Source: Dendrobates tinctorius (taxonomy: Eukaryota). Taken from it: 64,000 nucleotides of DNA. The first letter of the stretch is position 1, and every line of letters starts with the position of its first letter. Below the pieces are notes generated by a model. The model ran no database searches and was not told where the DNA came from. It was given only the letters and a program-made list of their open reading frames with translations. Position numbers and translations under genes: made by a program. The stretch lies in NCBI RefSeq assembly GCF_039654945.1, contig NW_027361806.1, positions 4,340,001 through 4,404,000 on the forward strand. Reading direction: 5' to 3'. Positions 25,243-39,181 of the stretch are shown piece after piece.

Positions 25243-28200
25243 TAAGGCTGTGTGCACGTGTTGGTTTTTCTGCGTTTTTTTTCAGTGCAGATTTGTCCCA
25301 AAACCTGAAAGGTTTACTAGTACCAGTAAAGTGTGATTTGCAGATTTATATCTGCAGCATGTCAATGCTTTCAGCATTTTAGCTGCAGATTTCATCCACA
25401 CTAATGAGTGGGGAAAAATCTGCAACAAAAACGCAAGAAAAATATACATTTTGCTGCTGTGTTTTCAACGTCAAGAGATGCACAGAAATTTATGCACCAA
25501 ATACTTAACGTGTGCACATACGCCAAGAAGCTGGACATACCTCTATTGTGAATAGTCTCAGTTCCCCTATATTTCTCCAATCCTGCAGAGGAAAAGTTGA
25601 CTGCTAGCTGCACTGGAGCTAAATTTGTTAATAGTGTTGCACTCGGGGCTTTCAAACTAAACCTCAATATTAACTTAAAGTGAATCTGTCAGTAGCACCA
25701 AACCGCCTAATTCATCTAAATGGATATGTAGGTCATAGGAAGCTGAATAAAATGATACCTTGATATCTGCAATCTGATGCCTTATGACACAAAAATCCTT
25801 GGTTTAATATGTAAATTAGCTGTTAAGATCTATGGGTAGGGCAGAATCTGGCTCCAGAACTTATTGTAAAACCAGTGTGAGTCATGTAATGACTGACAGT
25901 CAGCTCTCAGTGCTCTATATGTCTCTCACTGGCTTAGGAGGATTGACTCTACTGACCTTTAAGAGCTGGTGTCCAATCTTCTATAATGATTCATCATTAT
26001 GCAGCAAAGAGTTGAAACACTTTTGACAGCAGTTATTGCTACAATGCATCAGTTTCAGTGACCCTCAGTAAAAAATAGAAGCACAAATCTCCCTGTCCTA
26101 CGTTCGTTACAATGCATCAGTGCAGGTAAAATGTATCAGTCTGAAGTCCAATAAGTTGAAAGGCTTACATAGAAGGAAACTGAGCAGTGTTAAAGATTCA
26201 ATGACACGTCCACTTGGAAGAAAAACAAAAAAAAAAAAAAAAAAAGACTTGGATTTTTGAGGCAAATTTCCATGAGGATCAGCCCAATATTTGGAACACA
26301 CTGCGTCCAAAGCGCAGCTATTTCCGAATCGTGAGCACATAGTCTAAGGGGCCAATCCTCAACATCACTATTGGAAAAAAGTAGCATGATACTCATATTG
26401 ACGGCAGATTGATTTCCCTAGAACTCAGCTTGCTGTCAGTGAATAATGATATTCTTGTTTACATCTAGAAGCTGAGAAATTCTTCTTGCATGTGAGAATT
26501 TTACAATCTGAGGCCAGTTTCACACGTCCAATGTTCAAGGTCTGAGTAAGGGACTGGTGTCTGGACCAGACTTGGGTCTCTGGACCCAAACTAGATAGGA
26601 GGCCGATTCTGATAGTACTGTGCAGGTTTCACTCTGAATGAAAGAGGTCTGAAAATCACCTTGAGGCCAAATTCTGATGACATTTAAAAAAAAAAAAAAA
26701 AAAATGCCAGTCACTCTGTGTCAGACTAAAATCACTGATAGGGGCTGGACTATTCTGGTCAGTAAAATGGACTGCATGGTTCGTTTGAAAAACTTTTTGC
26801 TTTAATACTGGTCACTGTGTTGCTCATAGATTGAAAAGAGTGTCTGAACAAAGCCTAAGCTACCCTGAGAGATAAGTATCAGCAGCAAAAATCTCTCCTG
26901 TCCTGACATCAGATGGGGAATCTGTTTTATACCTTGCCAAACTACTATCTCCGCAATGTGCTCTTATTGCAGCCAGATGCTGCAGCCTACGACCAACTGA
27001 CCCTACTCCTGGCTGACAAACAGCGGCAGGTTACTGATTGACTCGCTGGGTGACAAAGACACAAACTGTCACCGCATGCTCTGTAAAAGTGAACCTTGGC
27101 ATTTATCGTAGATGTTTGCAATACATGTCCACACTACATGTACTGTATACAGATACAGTATATCACAAAACTATGTAATACTAGAACACAAGGCCAGCAG
27201 CTTGAAAGAAACGCTCACCATTGAAGATTACAACAAATATCTCCCCTCCACCTGCCCTAACTAGGGAGAGTCATGACAGCCATGCCTGCAGAGCAGTGAG
27301 CAGACAGGGGAGCGGCTGCACACAGCAGATAACGCACCATACGCCCTCTATCCAGGCCTCAGACAGCAGGTGTAATAGGAAGTGGCCAAAACCTGCAGAC
27401 ATACAACAGCGCAAAACAATAGAGAACCGGACACAGATTTCCTGAGCTGAGGGCTTTCATCTCATGACTGGTAACTGGTATTCAGCTCTGCAGGTCAGGC
27501 TCTGGCCTCCTAAAACACAAGTAGTATGTCATGATATTCTGGAGATCGTGACAGGTGATGCAGGATAGTCGCCAGTGAACTGTTGTGATGCACAGTTTTC
27601 TACTGTATTCTTTAACAAATCGGTCTGATTGGTGGTGTACCTGCCCTATTAAGTCTGCTTGAGATAATCCCATTTTTAGATCAACGGAAGTAAACGTATT
27701 CAGACCCTCAGTGATCAGGTCTAAACTGAGGGGTGAACCAGACATCAAGTAATAGATTGCCAATTTGCCCTGCAACACGGCCGCTAGAAAAATGGAAAAG
27801 TACATGGTGTTGGCTAAAAGGGTACACCTAATCCATAGGATAAGGAATTACTGATGGCTGGGAATCTGACTGCTGGGACGCTCCAGAGTTTGGGACTCTT
27901 GTTCCAAACTGCAGAGCCCCATCTTGAATTAATTGGAGGTGCGCATGTATGGAACGACTGTCAGTTTGAAACATGTAGGAAAAGGGCTCTTTTATAGGTC
28001 TGGGAATGTTCTGTTTTATCCAAGTCTACAAATAAAGTTTTGGCATTTTGAAATCCCCATCTCAACCTCTGCTCCATTAATAGTAATACACAGCACTCTG
28101 CTACTTCCGGCAGTCCCAGAGACTTCCATCTCTCACCGATCACAGGGAGTCCCGACCGCTTGACCTCCATTCAAGATGAAGAACTCACATCCCGTCCTCC

Positions 28201-28784
28201 GAATTGCTGATTGACCTAACAGTCAGACCTCCACCGAACAACAAGACAAGATTTGGGGAACAAACCCTTGAAAACTGAATGAACTGTTTAAGTCACGCAC
28301 CGAACCTGGGGCCTCCAAAAAAGATGATCTTTGCTGCTGCTCTCCAGATTACCGATATTGACAGCGAGCAGAGATGTTCTCTAAGGTGAGGGATCAATAA
28401 AGCCCATTATAAAGTTGCAGAACTTTTCATTGTACAATGATGAAGCTTTATTTATAGAACGCAGATGACACACGAGGGATCGGTCGGTTCTATATCATCC
28501 TCCCCTTTATGTAGGTAATAAAACCTTATGAGTGTATTTTTTACACATCCCGCCGCCTGCACAGATGGTACGAGCACTGGCGGATGACATCACCTCCTAT
28601 CTGGTCACACCACTAATTAATGGGGTTTTCCAGGGGAGAGAAAAAAAAAGAGTCAAAGTTGGGTTTTACTTGCAGTGAATCATGTAAACAAAGAGGGAAA
28701 CAGTCAAAAGTCTCCTTTCACTAATACATTGTAGCAAACAGTCAGCTGTGCGATCCTGCAGCTGTTAGACAGGTTTAATCTTAC

Positions 28785-28857
28785 TAATAAACTTTATGTC
28801 ATTTTCTCAGTGTTTCAGATCTCCGATTGTCAGTGAATGAAAAGATCCCATCTACAC
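28785..28857 (-). other. GPBP1L1: Candidate GPBP1L1 5'UTR exon 2
   Basis: ttaactctcctag acceptor and gtaaga donor on the - strand, ~430 nt downstream of the candidate exon 1. Confidence 0.5.
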
Positions 28858-29285
28858 CTAGGAGAGTTAACAAAAACACAGTGCAGCAATCTGTATTCAC
28901 ATCCAGCAAGCAGAGAAGTGGAAACTGGACAAGAAGTTGCACTTTTATGCTGGACGCCTGGAACGAGAACGGGGGATATTGGAGTGGAAGCTCCTTGGGC
29001 AAGAGCAGTCACGTGACGTGGTCTGCTGCCAGGAGGGGCAACTCTATGCACCACATGTACACATGGCTCCTGTGACGTCACAGGTGGGGGTATACACAGC
29101 AGGCGGCCCGGCTATGGGAGCATGCATGTATAGACAGGCCACACAGCAGGCCCCAGAGCCAGGGCCCCCCGTACACAGGCAGAGGACGGCTGCACTACTA
29201 CAACTTGTACCATGTGACCGCCCCTAGACAGGCGCCCACTCACACACACAGGCCTCAGCGGCGCCCATCCCCGCCACAGGCTCAC

Positions 29286-29540
29286 CCGTTATCGCGCTCA
29301 CTCTCCGGGCCTCTGTCACACCGGGGACCGCCGCTCTCCCTCTAACAGCCGCTGCTCGCTTCCTGCTCCTCACAAACCATAACAAAGCGCGCACCAAAAT
29401 GGCGTCCTCTGGAACCTGACCATAAAGACGGCCCCTGGGTGCAGAGTGACTGGGGACACGCCTCTCTGTTACTGTCTGCACGCACAGCGCCACCTGCTGG
29501 GACCTGCGGGCGCTAAATTTTACTGACGTCACCTGATTAC
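29286..29540 (-). promoter_or_regulatory. GPBP1L1: GPBP1L1 promoter and non-coding exon 1
   Basis: CpG-rich; donor cgg|gtgagc at 29285; YY1-like GCCATTTT (~29396-29403, - strand), CTCF-like gcgccacctgctgg (29487-29500), CRE TGACGTCA (29524-29531). Confidence 0.65.
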
Positions 29541-30039
29541 GCCATATTACGACTGGCAGCCGGCTGACTGCGCAGTGGATGGACACTGGATCGTGTGATT
29601 CCCAACACGTCACTAGTCATCTGTGAACTCACATTATATGGGGCCTTATGTATCACAAGATGGGTTGACTCAGTCTGAAGCAGGGGCTGCAATCACACCC
29701 GGGCCCTGGAGCCCAGGGGGCCCCAAAAGTCCATTTGGCCTATATGAAAAGACCAACACTATTAAAGAGGCATTCCTCCTCCTCCTCCTCCTCCTCCCAT
29801 CAGTTTGTATCCTCCCTATATATTGCTGCCATCACATTGTACAGCGCTATGCACTTACAATTGCTTATTTCGCCTTTCTACCCAGATAATTCTTCTCTTT
29901 TCTCTGTGTAGAAACAAGAAGTCTCTTTTCCCTGCAAAAATCATCCCCCCTTCATCTCCTGACCCAGCTGCTCCCTCCTTTCCTCTCCCTTGATTTTTGC
30001 AGTGACTCATGACTCATGCAGGGAAAATTGACCTCCTGT

Positions 30040-32161
30040 TACTTAGCAGCTTTCCAAACTCCTGGGGTCTGTCCATCAGGTATAACAAAGTATCTGAAGA
30101 GAGAAAAATATATACACAGAGCAGACAAAGCAGAATACATGGACATTTAAAAAAAAACTAACTGAGCCCAGAGTGAATCCTTAATTAGCTTATATAAGTG
30201 GTGGGAAAGTTTTATTGTCCCGATATCCATGTGAGATCAGAGACCTGATGTCCTCTGTCTCTGGGGCAGATTCCTCAGATTCTGTTTAAAGGGAATCAAT
30301 CACCCCATTTTCACTCTATGAGCTGCACTGCCATCAGGGCTTATCTACAGCATTCTGTAATGCTGTAGATAAGCCCCCCCCCCCCCATGTAACCTGAAAG
30401 AGAAGAAAAACACGTTAGATGATACTCACCCCAGGGGCGGTCCGGGTCTGGAGCCTGCACACTGCAGTATTCTGCTCTGCCCTCAACAGGGCAGAGCAGT
30501 GCGCCTGCGCAGGAGCCACAACAGGCAGCAAAGAAAAGGACGTCACCGTTAAAAGATGGGAGGCGCCGGTCCGCAACACCCTTCAGACCAAGACCGGACC
30601 ACCCCCCGGTGAGTGTAATCTAAAGGGCCTGTCACACTAAGCGATATCGCTATGTCTGATACTTATCTCCGACCGCTCCCCGCTGGTTATCGCTGATTGC
30701 GCGAGAATGTCCTGGATCATTTCTCGTCGGGCGTTTCCTGCTGTGGAGACGAGCGACGCGTGGACGCGGACAGGAGGACGTCAGGATCGCCTCGTCTGAC
30801 AGGTAAGTAGCGACCCCCGACCCCTGCAATGTCGCCGCTGAGATCTGCCTGTGTGGCAGCTCACTAGCGACCACCTAGCGATGCACCAGCGATCCTGACC
30901 GCGCCATATCGCTGGTCGGGATCGCTGGTGCATCGTTAAGTGTGACACTACCTTAAGGCTGAGTGCAGACGGACTTTTTGGCCCTGCGGATTTTTCCGCG
31001 CAGAATGGAAGAAATCCGCAGGTCAAGTGACCTGCATTTTTCCTGCGGATTTCTTCCATTTTTCCTGCGGTTTTCTTGCGGTTTTTGTGCGGTTTTCCAC
31101 TGCGGATTCTCCCCTGCGGATTTGGACACAGGGGAGGTGGAAAACCGCACAAAAGAAGTAACATGCTGCAGATTTTGTACCGCAGGAAAACAGCGCGGAA
31201 AAATCCGCAGCGTCTGCACAGCGTTTTTTTTTTCATTGATTTTAAAGCTACTGTACATCACAATGCGGATATGCAACGTTTCTGCGCGGTAAAATCCGTT
31301 GTGGATCCGCTGCAAATCTGCATCGTGTGCACACAGCCTTACTCCTTTTTTTTATCTTTCATGTTACATGGGGGGGGGGGATTACAGAATGCTGTAGATA
31401 AGCCCCTGATTGCGGTGTCGGCAGCTGATACTCCAAAAATGGGTGACAGATTCCCTTTAAGCATTCCCTCTCTGAGCTCAGCTATTTGTTTCCTCAATGT
31501 CCATTGTTCTGCCTCTGCTCTGTGTATATATTTGTGTTTCTTCTTGATACTTTGTTACACCTGATATGAACCTACATAGAAATCCGGAGTATAAAGCATC
31601 TTTATGTCCCACATGGGTAATTATGCTCATTATTACTTTTTCCCCATACCCTCTTGCACATAGCGCTTTATGAGGGTTTGTTTGTATGGCTTTTCATGTT
31701 CCCTGAATGTATTCATTCTGATTAATGAATGGGCAATTGGAAAGGGATGGTGGCGCAATTTTTTGCGGTTGCATACTAATATGGGATTTTGTTTAATTAT
31801 GCCAATGTACCATTGCACTTAACTTATATATGCAGCGGTCGTTTCCCTCTTTTATCTTGTGTCATCCCTGGTATCTGACCATATGATTGTGCTTTTAAAA
31901 CTTTTTGCACCTGTACTAATAAAGAGCATATATTTTGTTACCACAAATTTGACCCTTGGATTGAATAATTTGGGCTTTATACTCCGGATTTCTATGTAGG
32001 TTCATATATTGACAAATGGGAGTTGTCCTAGCGCCATGCTTGTTTGAACATTTTCTTTTCCTGTTTTAGGAAAAATACTAATGTTCTTCATTATGTTGGA
32101 TTGTGTTAAACTTTGTTACACCTGATGACCAGAACTCAGGAGTCTGGAAGCTTGCTGTGTA
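30040..32161. mobile_element. Nested TE stack: outer inverted-repeat element, T2-type MITE (30290-31456), two Harbinger MITEs (30624-30953, 30957-31338), plus a TSD-flanked insert (31566-32109)
   Basis: TTAA flanks at 30286 and 31457; TAA/TTA junctions; 17-bp direct repeat actttgttacacctgat; outer element resembles 2590-3016. Confidence 0.7.
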
Positions 32162-32913
32162 AGGCTGTGTGCACACGTTGCAGAAATGCTGCGGAATTTC
32201 TGCGCTCCCGCTGCAAATTTGCATGTGTTTTTCCCGTGGAAAACAAGCGTTTTGCAAGCGTTTTTCGCTTGCGCATTACAAGCGCTTAGCATCGCTTGGA
32301 AATAAGATGTTAAAATAATTAAAAAAAAATAAAATATTGTTATTCTCACCTTCCGAAGGTCCCCGATCTGCTCTGTGGCGCTCCCGCATCTTCCGGTCCC
32401 AGTAATGCTTTGCGCGAAGGACCTGAGATGATGTCATCGCGGTCATTCGTGCAAAGCATTACTGGGACCAGAAGCGGGAGTGTGGGGAGAGGCGGGAAGG
32501 ACTCCGGGGGCCATCAGAGGGTGAGTATATCACTATTTTTTATTTTTTTTTATATTTTTTTACAGGATTATGGTACCCAGGGCCTGGAGGAGAGTCTCCT
32601 CTCCTCCAGGCATCCGCACATGGTGGGCATAGCCACATGCGAAAAGTAAGCGGATCAATGCAATTCCACAACAAGAATGGGCATGCTACGGATTTTTCCA
32701 CTATGCGATTCCGCAGCGGAAAAATCTGCAGCATTAGCACAGCATGTGTGGAATCCCATAGGATTGCATGAGATGCATTTTCTTTGTGTTTTCGCGGCGA
32801 TTCCGCAGCGGAAAAATGCAGCGAAAACGCAAAAAAACACAACATGTGCATACAGCCTAACATTACTAATTTTAGTTTTGTCAGACATTAATAGTCTCAT
32901 AAGTACAAGATTA

Positions 32914-35140
32914 TTATGTATCACACAGGATAGTATAGGATTAGATACACGGCTCGGTAATCAGTATCACACAGGAGAGGATAAGATGCACGGCTCAGCA
33001 GTCAGTATCACACAGGATAGGATTAGATACACAGCTCAGCAGACAGTATCACACAGGAGAGGATTAGATACACAGCTCAGCAGTCAGTATCACACAGGAT
33101 AGTATTAGATACACGGCTCAGCAGTCAGTATCACACAGGATAGGATTAGATACACGGCTCAGCAGACAGGATCACACAGGAGAGGATTAGATACACGGCT
33201 CAGCAGACAGTAACACAGGATAGGATTAGATACACGGCTCAGCAGTCAGTATCACACAGGATAGGGTTAGATACATGGCTCAGCAGACAGTATCACACAG
33301 GAGAGGATTAGATACACGGATCAGCAGTCAGTATCACACAGGACAGGATTAGATACATGGCTCAGCAGACAGTATCACACAGGAGAGGATTAGATACACG
33401 GCTCAGCAGACAGTATCACAAAGGATAGGATTAGATACATGGCTCAACAGACAGTATCACACAGGATAGGATTAGATACGCGGCTCAGCAGTCAGTATCA
33501 CACAGGATAGGATTAGATACACGGCTCAGCAGTCAGTATCACACAGGATAGGATTAGATACACGGCACAGCAGTCAGTATCACACAGGATTGGATTAGAT
33601 ACACGGCTCGGCACACAGTATCACACAGGAGAGGATTTGATACACGGCACAGCAGTCAGTATCATACTGGATAGGATAAGATGCATAGCTCAGCAGTCAG
33701 TATCACACAGAATAGGATTAGATACACGGCTCAGCAGACAGTATCACACAGGATAGGATTAGATACACGGCTCAGCAGACAGTATCACACAGGAGAGGAT
33801 TAGATACACGGCACAGCAGTCAGTATCATACTGGATAGGATAAGATGCATAGCTCAGCAGTCAGTATCACACAGAATAGGATTAGATACACGGCTCAGCA
33901 GTCAGTATCACACAGGATTGGATTAGATACATGGCTCAGCAGTCAGTATCACACAGGATTGGATTAGATACATGGCTCAGCAGTCAGTATCACACAGGAT
34001 AGGATTAGATACACGGCTCAGCACACAGTATCACACAGAAGAGGATTAGATACACGGCTCAGCAGACAGTATCACACAGGATAGGATTAGATACACGGCT
34101 CAGCAGACAGTATCACACAGGAGAGGATTAGCTACACGGCTCAGCAGTCAGTATCACACAGAATAGGATTAACTACACGGCTCAGCAGTATCACACAGGA
34201 GAGGATTAGCTACACGGCTCAGCAGTCAGTATCACACAGGATAGGATTAGATACACGGCTCAGCAGTCAGTATCACACAGTAGAGGATTAGATACACTGC
34301 TCAGCAGTCAGTATCACACAGAATAGGATTAACTACACGGCTCAGCAGTCAGTATCACACAGGATAGGATTAGATACACGGCTCAGCAGTCAGTATCACA
34401 CAGGAGAGGATTAGATACACGCCTCAGCAGTCAGTATCACACAGAATAGGATTAACTACACGGCTCAGCAGTCAGTATCACACAGGATAGGATTCGATAC
34501 ACGGCACAGCAGTCAGTATCACACAGGATAGGATAAGATGCATAGCTCAGCAGTCAGTATCACACAGGATAGGATTAGATACACGGCTCAGCACACAGTA
34601 TCACACAGAAGAGGATTAGATACACGGCTCAGCAGACAGTATCACACAGGATAGGATTAGATACACGGCTCAGCAGACAGTATCACACAGGAGAGGATTA
34701 GCTACACGGCTCAGCAGTCAGTATCACACAGAATAGGATTAGATACACGGCTCAGCAGTCAGTATCACACAGGAGAGGATTAGATACACTGCTCAGCAGT
34801 CAGTATCACACAGAATAGGATTAACTACACGGCTCAGCAGTCAGTATCACACAGGATAGGATTAGATACACGGCTCAGCAGTCAGTATCACACAGGAGAG
34901 GATTAGATACACGGCTCAGCAGTCAGTATCACACAGAATAGGATTAACTACACGGCTCAGCAGTCAGTATCACACAGGATAGGATTCGATACACGGCTCA
35001 GTAGTCAGTATCACACAGGAGAGGATTAGATACACTGCTCAGCAGACAGTATCACACGTGGCAGGCTTAGATACATGGCTCAACAGACAGTATCACACAG
35101 GACAGGATTAGATACACAGCTCAGCAGACAGTATCACACG
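32914..35140 (+). repeat. 41-bp minisatellite, ~54 copies
   Basis: Unit ggattagatacacggctcagcagtcagtatcacacaggata with recurring variants. Confidence 0.97.
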
Positions 35141-35209
35141 CACGGCTCATTATCCCTGGGGGGTCATATTGAGGACTCAGAGGCCTCTCACATCACAGCA
35201 CTCTCTCTG

Positions 35210-35337
35210 CAGTCGGCGCATGCTCAGTGCCGTCTGCCCACACTCCTTCTGGCTTCCTTTCCCACAGGAAGTGAACCTGTGTGTGACTTCCTGTTTATGA
35301 CTTTTTGCAGCAGTTCCGTAAAGAGCAGGCGGTGGAG
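35210..35337 (+). promoter_or_regulatory. TMEM69: TMEM69 promoter and candidate non-coding exon 1
   Basis: Paired ETS motifs (caggaagt / acttcctg), NRF1-like gcgcatgc, donor gag|gtgagt at 35338. Confidence 0.55.
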
Positions 35338-35622
35338 GTGAGTGTCAGTGTGGCTGTCAGGGTACATGTCTCGGGGGCCATTCTGGGGTCTCAGTGTCTG
35401 GTCCTGGGCTGGGAAATGAGGCCATATATGGTGACAGAGCGGCGTCCAGTGCGCAGCCCCCTGCAGTCCGGGCTCTGTAATAAGAGCGCTCATTGCCCAA
35501 TAATCAGGCAGTCAAGACGAATGAGTAAAACGGGTGCCGTGCTTAAACGTCATTATTGTCGGCAGCACATGGTCATCTGCAGACAGTACACGTGCAGCCT
35601 GTGCGCAGGGAGCGATCGATTA

Positions 35623-36127
35623 GGCTAGTTTCACATTAGCGTTTTTTTGCGCAGCGCATCGGGCGCATAAAAAACGCAAAACAAACGCGTGTTTTTTTAA
35701 GCGTCATGCGCACGCTGATGCGTCATTAAAACGCAGCATTGCTTGCGTTTTACATGCGTTTTTTTATGCACATGCGTTTTTAGGTGTGACATTTTTTCCA
35801 TTGTCTAGAGAACATTCTAGACTTGTTTACCTCAAAAACGCATGTGCAAAAAACCGCAAGCATGCGCAAGACCATGCGCACGCATGCTTTCCCATAGACT
35901 TCAATGTGTTGTTTTTGCGCATTCCGTGCGCGTTTTTTTGACGAGACAGGGCGGACCAAAAAATGCAACATGTTGCGTCTGGCGCGAAAGACAAAAAAAC
36001 GCATGCGCACGAAAACGCAAGTGTGCGCAAGACCATGCTCACGTCATGTTACACATAGGTGCGCAGTGCGCATACGCACGGGTGCGTACGATGCGCTGCA
36101 CACAAAAGCGCTAATATGAAACCAGCC
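35623..36127. mobile_element. Harbinger-type MITE (aacgca-rich)
   Basis: TIR ggctagtttcacattagcg / cgctaatatgaaaccagcc; TTA flanks. Confidence 0.75.
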
Positions 36128-38190
36128 TTACAGTTCCGTCGATCTGTCTAAATCAGCAACAACTGCCGATCGGCGAATACGTATGTGGTTGGCGTTCGTT
36201 TAATGGCAGTCATCATCAATCTGATAAATTATAGGGGTTCTCCACCACTGGGCACATTTCTGGACTTTTTTTATTTAAATGCACATATTTTGGGCTAGTA
36301 ATGATTTTTGCAATTAGGTTTACTCAGTTTTGCATTGTCTGCCTCCGTGCTGCACTGTACATCGCTATCTGCAAAATGAGTTAACTAAGACTCCATCAGT
36401 GAGCTTTCTCCGGCTGCAGACATTCAGCACAGTGATGGCACGGGCACACCCTGACACAACTCGCCCTTCTGCTCGGGACAGGAGCTGTAATCAGCCTTCT
36501 GCTCTGCCGGGATCTCCAGCAAGACGCAGGCTACTTCCGTCCTGCGCTTTATTTTTTTTTTTGGGGGGGGAGAAGGCGCACGCAGGGGATGTCAAATGGC
36601 GCGATGCAGTGACGTTGTTGCGCCGTCACGCGCCCACTGCTGCACTTCATGAAGAATACAAGAGGAGACTGTTAAATGGGGCCTAGATTAGGTGAATATA
36701 AGGCTTTTTTTTCTTCTTATATTACTTGTCCATAAAATGAGGGGCCCTGCTGGGTGGGCAGCAAAGTATATGAGAAGCTGTGGTGACCATACTGCATATG
36801 GTACTGTAGATGACCATACTGGATAGGGGGCTGTGGAGAACATACTGTTTGGGGGGGTGTTTGTGTGCAATAATTTTACATGGGGTGCCGTGGGGTCATC
36901 ATAGTTTGCATGGCGCTCTATGGTGAACATACTATATATGGGGGGAGCTGTGGTAGTGATAACTGTCAGTGGCTTGTTGTGGCTTGTTGTGGATATCATA
37001 CCATATGGCTGTGGAGATCACCATACTGTGTGAAGAAGGCAGCATGATTGGCAATGTGCGGGCATGGTGTGAAGGGGGCACATAATGGATATGTAGAAAG
37101 GGGCAGTGTGAAATGGGTGCACAATATGGAGATGGGTTAGTTTGTCGAGGGACAGTGTGGAGATATACAAAGTGTAATGGAAAATTAGAGAGGACGGCCA
37201 TGGTTATAGTCTGTGGTTCTGGTGACGTATTCATGTACCGATCTTGGATCTGGTGATGTATTGACTGATGGTGGTTCTGGTGACGTAGTCATGGTCTGAT
37301 GATGGTTCTGGTGACTAAATTATGACCAGAATCCTCATCACTACATGAATACAGCACCATAACAACCATCAGTACATGAATACGTCACCAGAACCACCAT
37401 CAGTTTTACGCAAGCTGTATCTCTCGCATGACTGATGCAAAAACCATCAGACATATCCCTTTATCTACGGTATATTGGGGGTCTGTTTATTTTCCGTTGG
37501 GGTATCTGCCAAATGCTGGACACCTTAATTGAAACCAAATTAAGTTGGTTTAGCCCCTCTATTAGTTTCCATAACTATCCTTGGGTTTGACATTTAAAAT
37601 ATAGGATTTCAGGGATGAATATTATTTCCCCTGAATTGTTTAAACTGTTTGCAAAAAATGATTTCTGTATGTGACTTTGAAACTGCATTCCCTGTGAAAA
37701 GAGGCTTGGCACCCCGTGTTTAGCCAGTTGAACCATGCCTTTCTTTTTGTGCATATATTTGTGTTTCTTCAGAAAGTTTGGCATACCATGCTTGAGGCAG
37801 GGACCTAAGAAGTCCTGAAAGCTTGCTTTGCAACATAATTTATTTAGTTTTTGTTAGTCATTAAAAGGTATAACTACAAGATTATCTTGATTTTCACACT
37901 GAGAGCATTATATATGTTAAGTCACATCGCTAAAGTACACCACTTTTTACTTTTGCAGATATGTTTTGGTGAAGAAGTGGTCAGCAGAGCTTGTTACCTA
38001 ACCCATCAGAGGGGGAGGAGGTAGGTACATTAGGGGTCCTGTTACCTTAGTCTCTGACCCATTCCTCAGCTTTGGGTTGGGGAAGGGGCACCATTGGCTT
38101 TATCTACCTAGGGCACCAAAATACCTTGTCCCGGTCCTGCACAGACCTCATCAAAGTTGCAGGGAATCAAAGCGCCTGTAAAAGGCAAAC

Positions 38191-38822
38191 CAGGGCTGTG
38201 GAGTCGGTAAGCCAAACCTGCGACTCCGACTCCGACTCCTCAATTTCCCTTACACCGACTCCAACTCCACGACTCCGACTCCTACACATATTGCTTATAT
38301 TTAAGTGAAAAATTTATTGTAGTACAATGTGAACCTCAGACATTTAATCATTTTTATGATCCAATAATCAAGATATTTAGATAGAACAGAATATATATTG
38401 GTGTACTACCCGGTTTTCATTCTTTTTGGTACAGATACGATATGGATAGACAGATATGGATAGATAGAGCAGATTTCTAATCTGCTTTTGCTATTGAAAA
38501 CATTATCTATGAGCTCAAAAACCTTTCAGGTGATGCAGTTTTTTAAAAAGATGATCTGCTTTTGCAGCTGAAAAACGTATCCTCAAAAAACACAGGAAAA
38601 ACGCTGTGTGTGAATGTAGCCTTAGATCAGGAATAGAACAGTCATTTATAGGACATTTCATAACTTTCCCAAATTCCTATGAAAAAATATTCAGCACATC
38701 CTGCATTGAACTACTGTACCCAATTTATTATATATTTTAGGAGTCGGAGTCGGTCCATTTTATACCGACTCCACCAAAATGAGCTCCGACTCCGACTCCA
38801 CGACTCCGACTCCACAGCCCTG
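38191..38822 (+). mobile_element. hAT-type MITE copy 1
   Basis: TIR cagggctgtggagtcgg / ccgactccacagccctg; 8-bp TSD aggcaaac. Confidence 0.9.
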
Positions 38823-39139
38823 AGGCAAACACTGCAACATTGGTATTGGAACCCAATTGCAAAAATATTTTTAGCTTTAAAAATATGCTTTAAGTAAAAA
38901 ATCGCTAAAAGTGGACAACCCATTTGAAGGTGGTTACCTGCCATGGTGTGTTTTCTTGAGCATCCCTCCTCCTTGTAAACATCGGATTACGGACCATAGA
39001 GCCCTGTGCCCAGTAATGTGTATATGTCATTCACAGAATAGCTCCATCTAATGGCTGGATTATCCTAAAATACCCTGAATTGTGGTCACTACATCTTGTA
39101 ATTCGTCTTTTCTTCATTGTTAGGTGTTGGAGGTGCACG

Positions 39140-39181
39140 ATGCTGCGTCTGGTTGGAAAGTGTTGGCCATCGGTCCAGCAG
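39140..39181 (+). CDS. TMEM69: TMEM69 first coding exon (MLRLVGKCWPSVQQ)
   Basis: Acceptor ttgttag at 39123, ATG at 39140, 42 coding nt, donor gtataa; joins in frame with the next exon. Confidence 0.8.

Noticed and set aside
32914-35140. CRISPR-like regular repeat
   Set aside because: Contiguous tandem units without unique spacers, no cas genes, eukaryotic context
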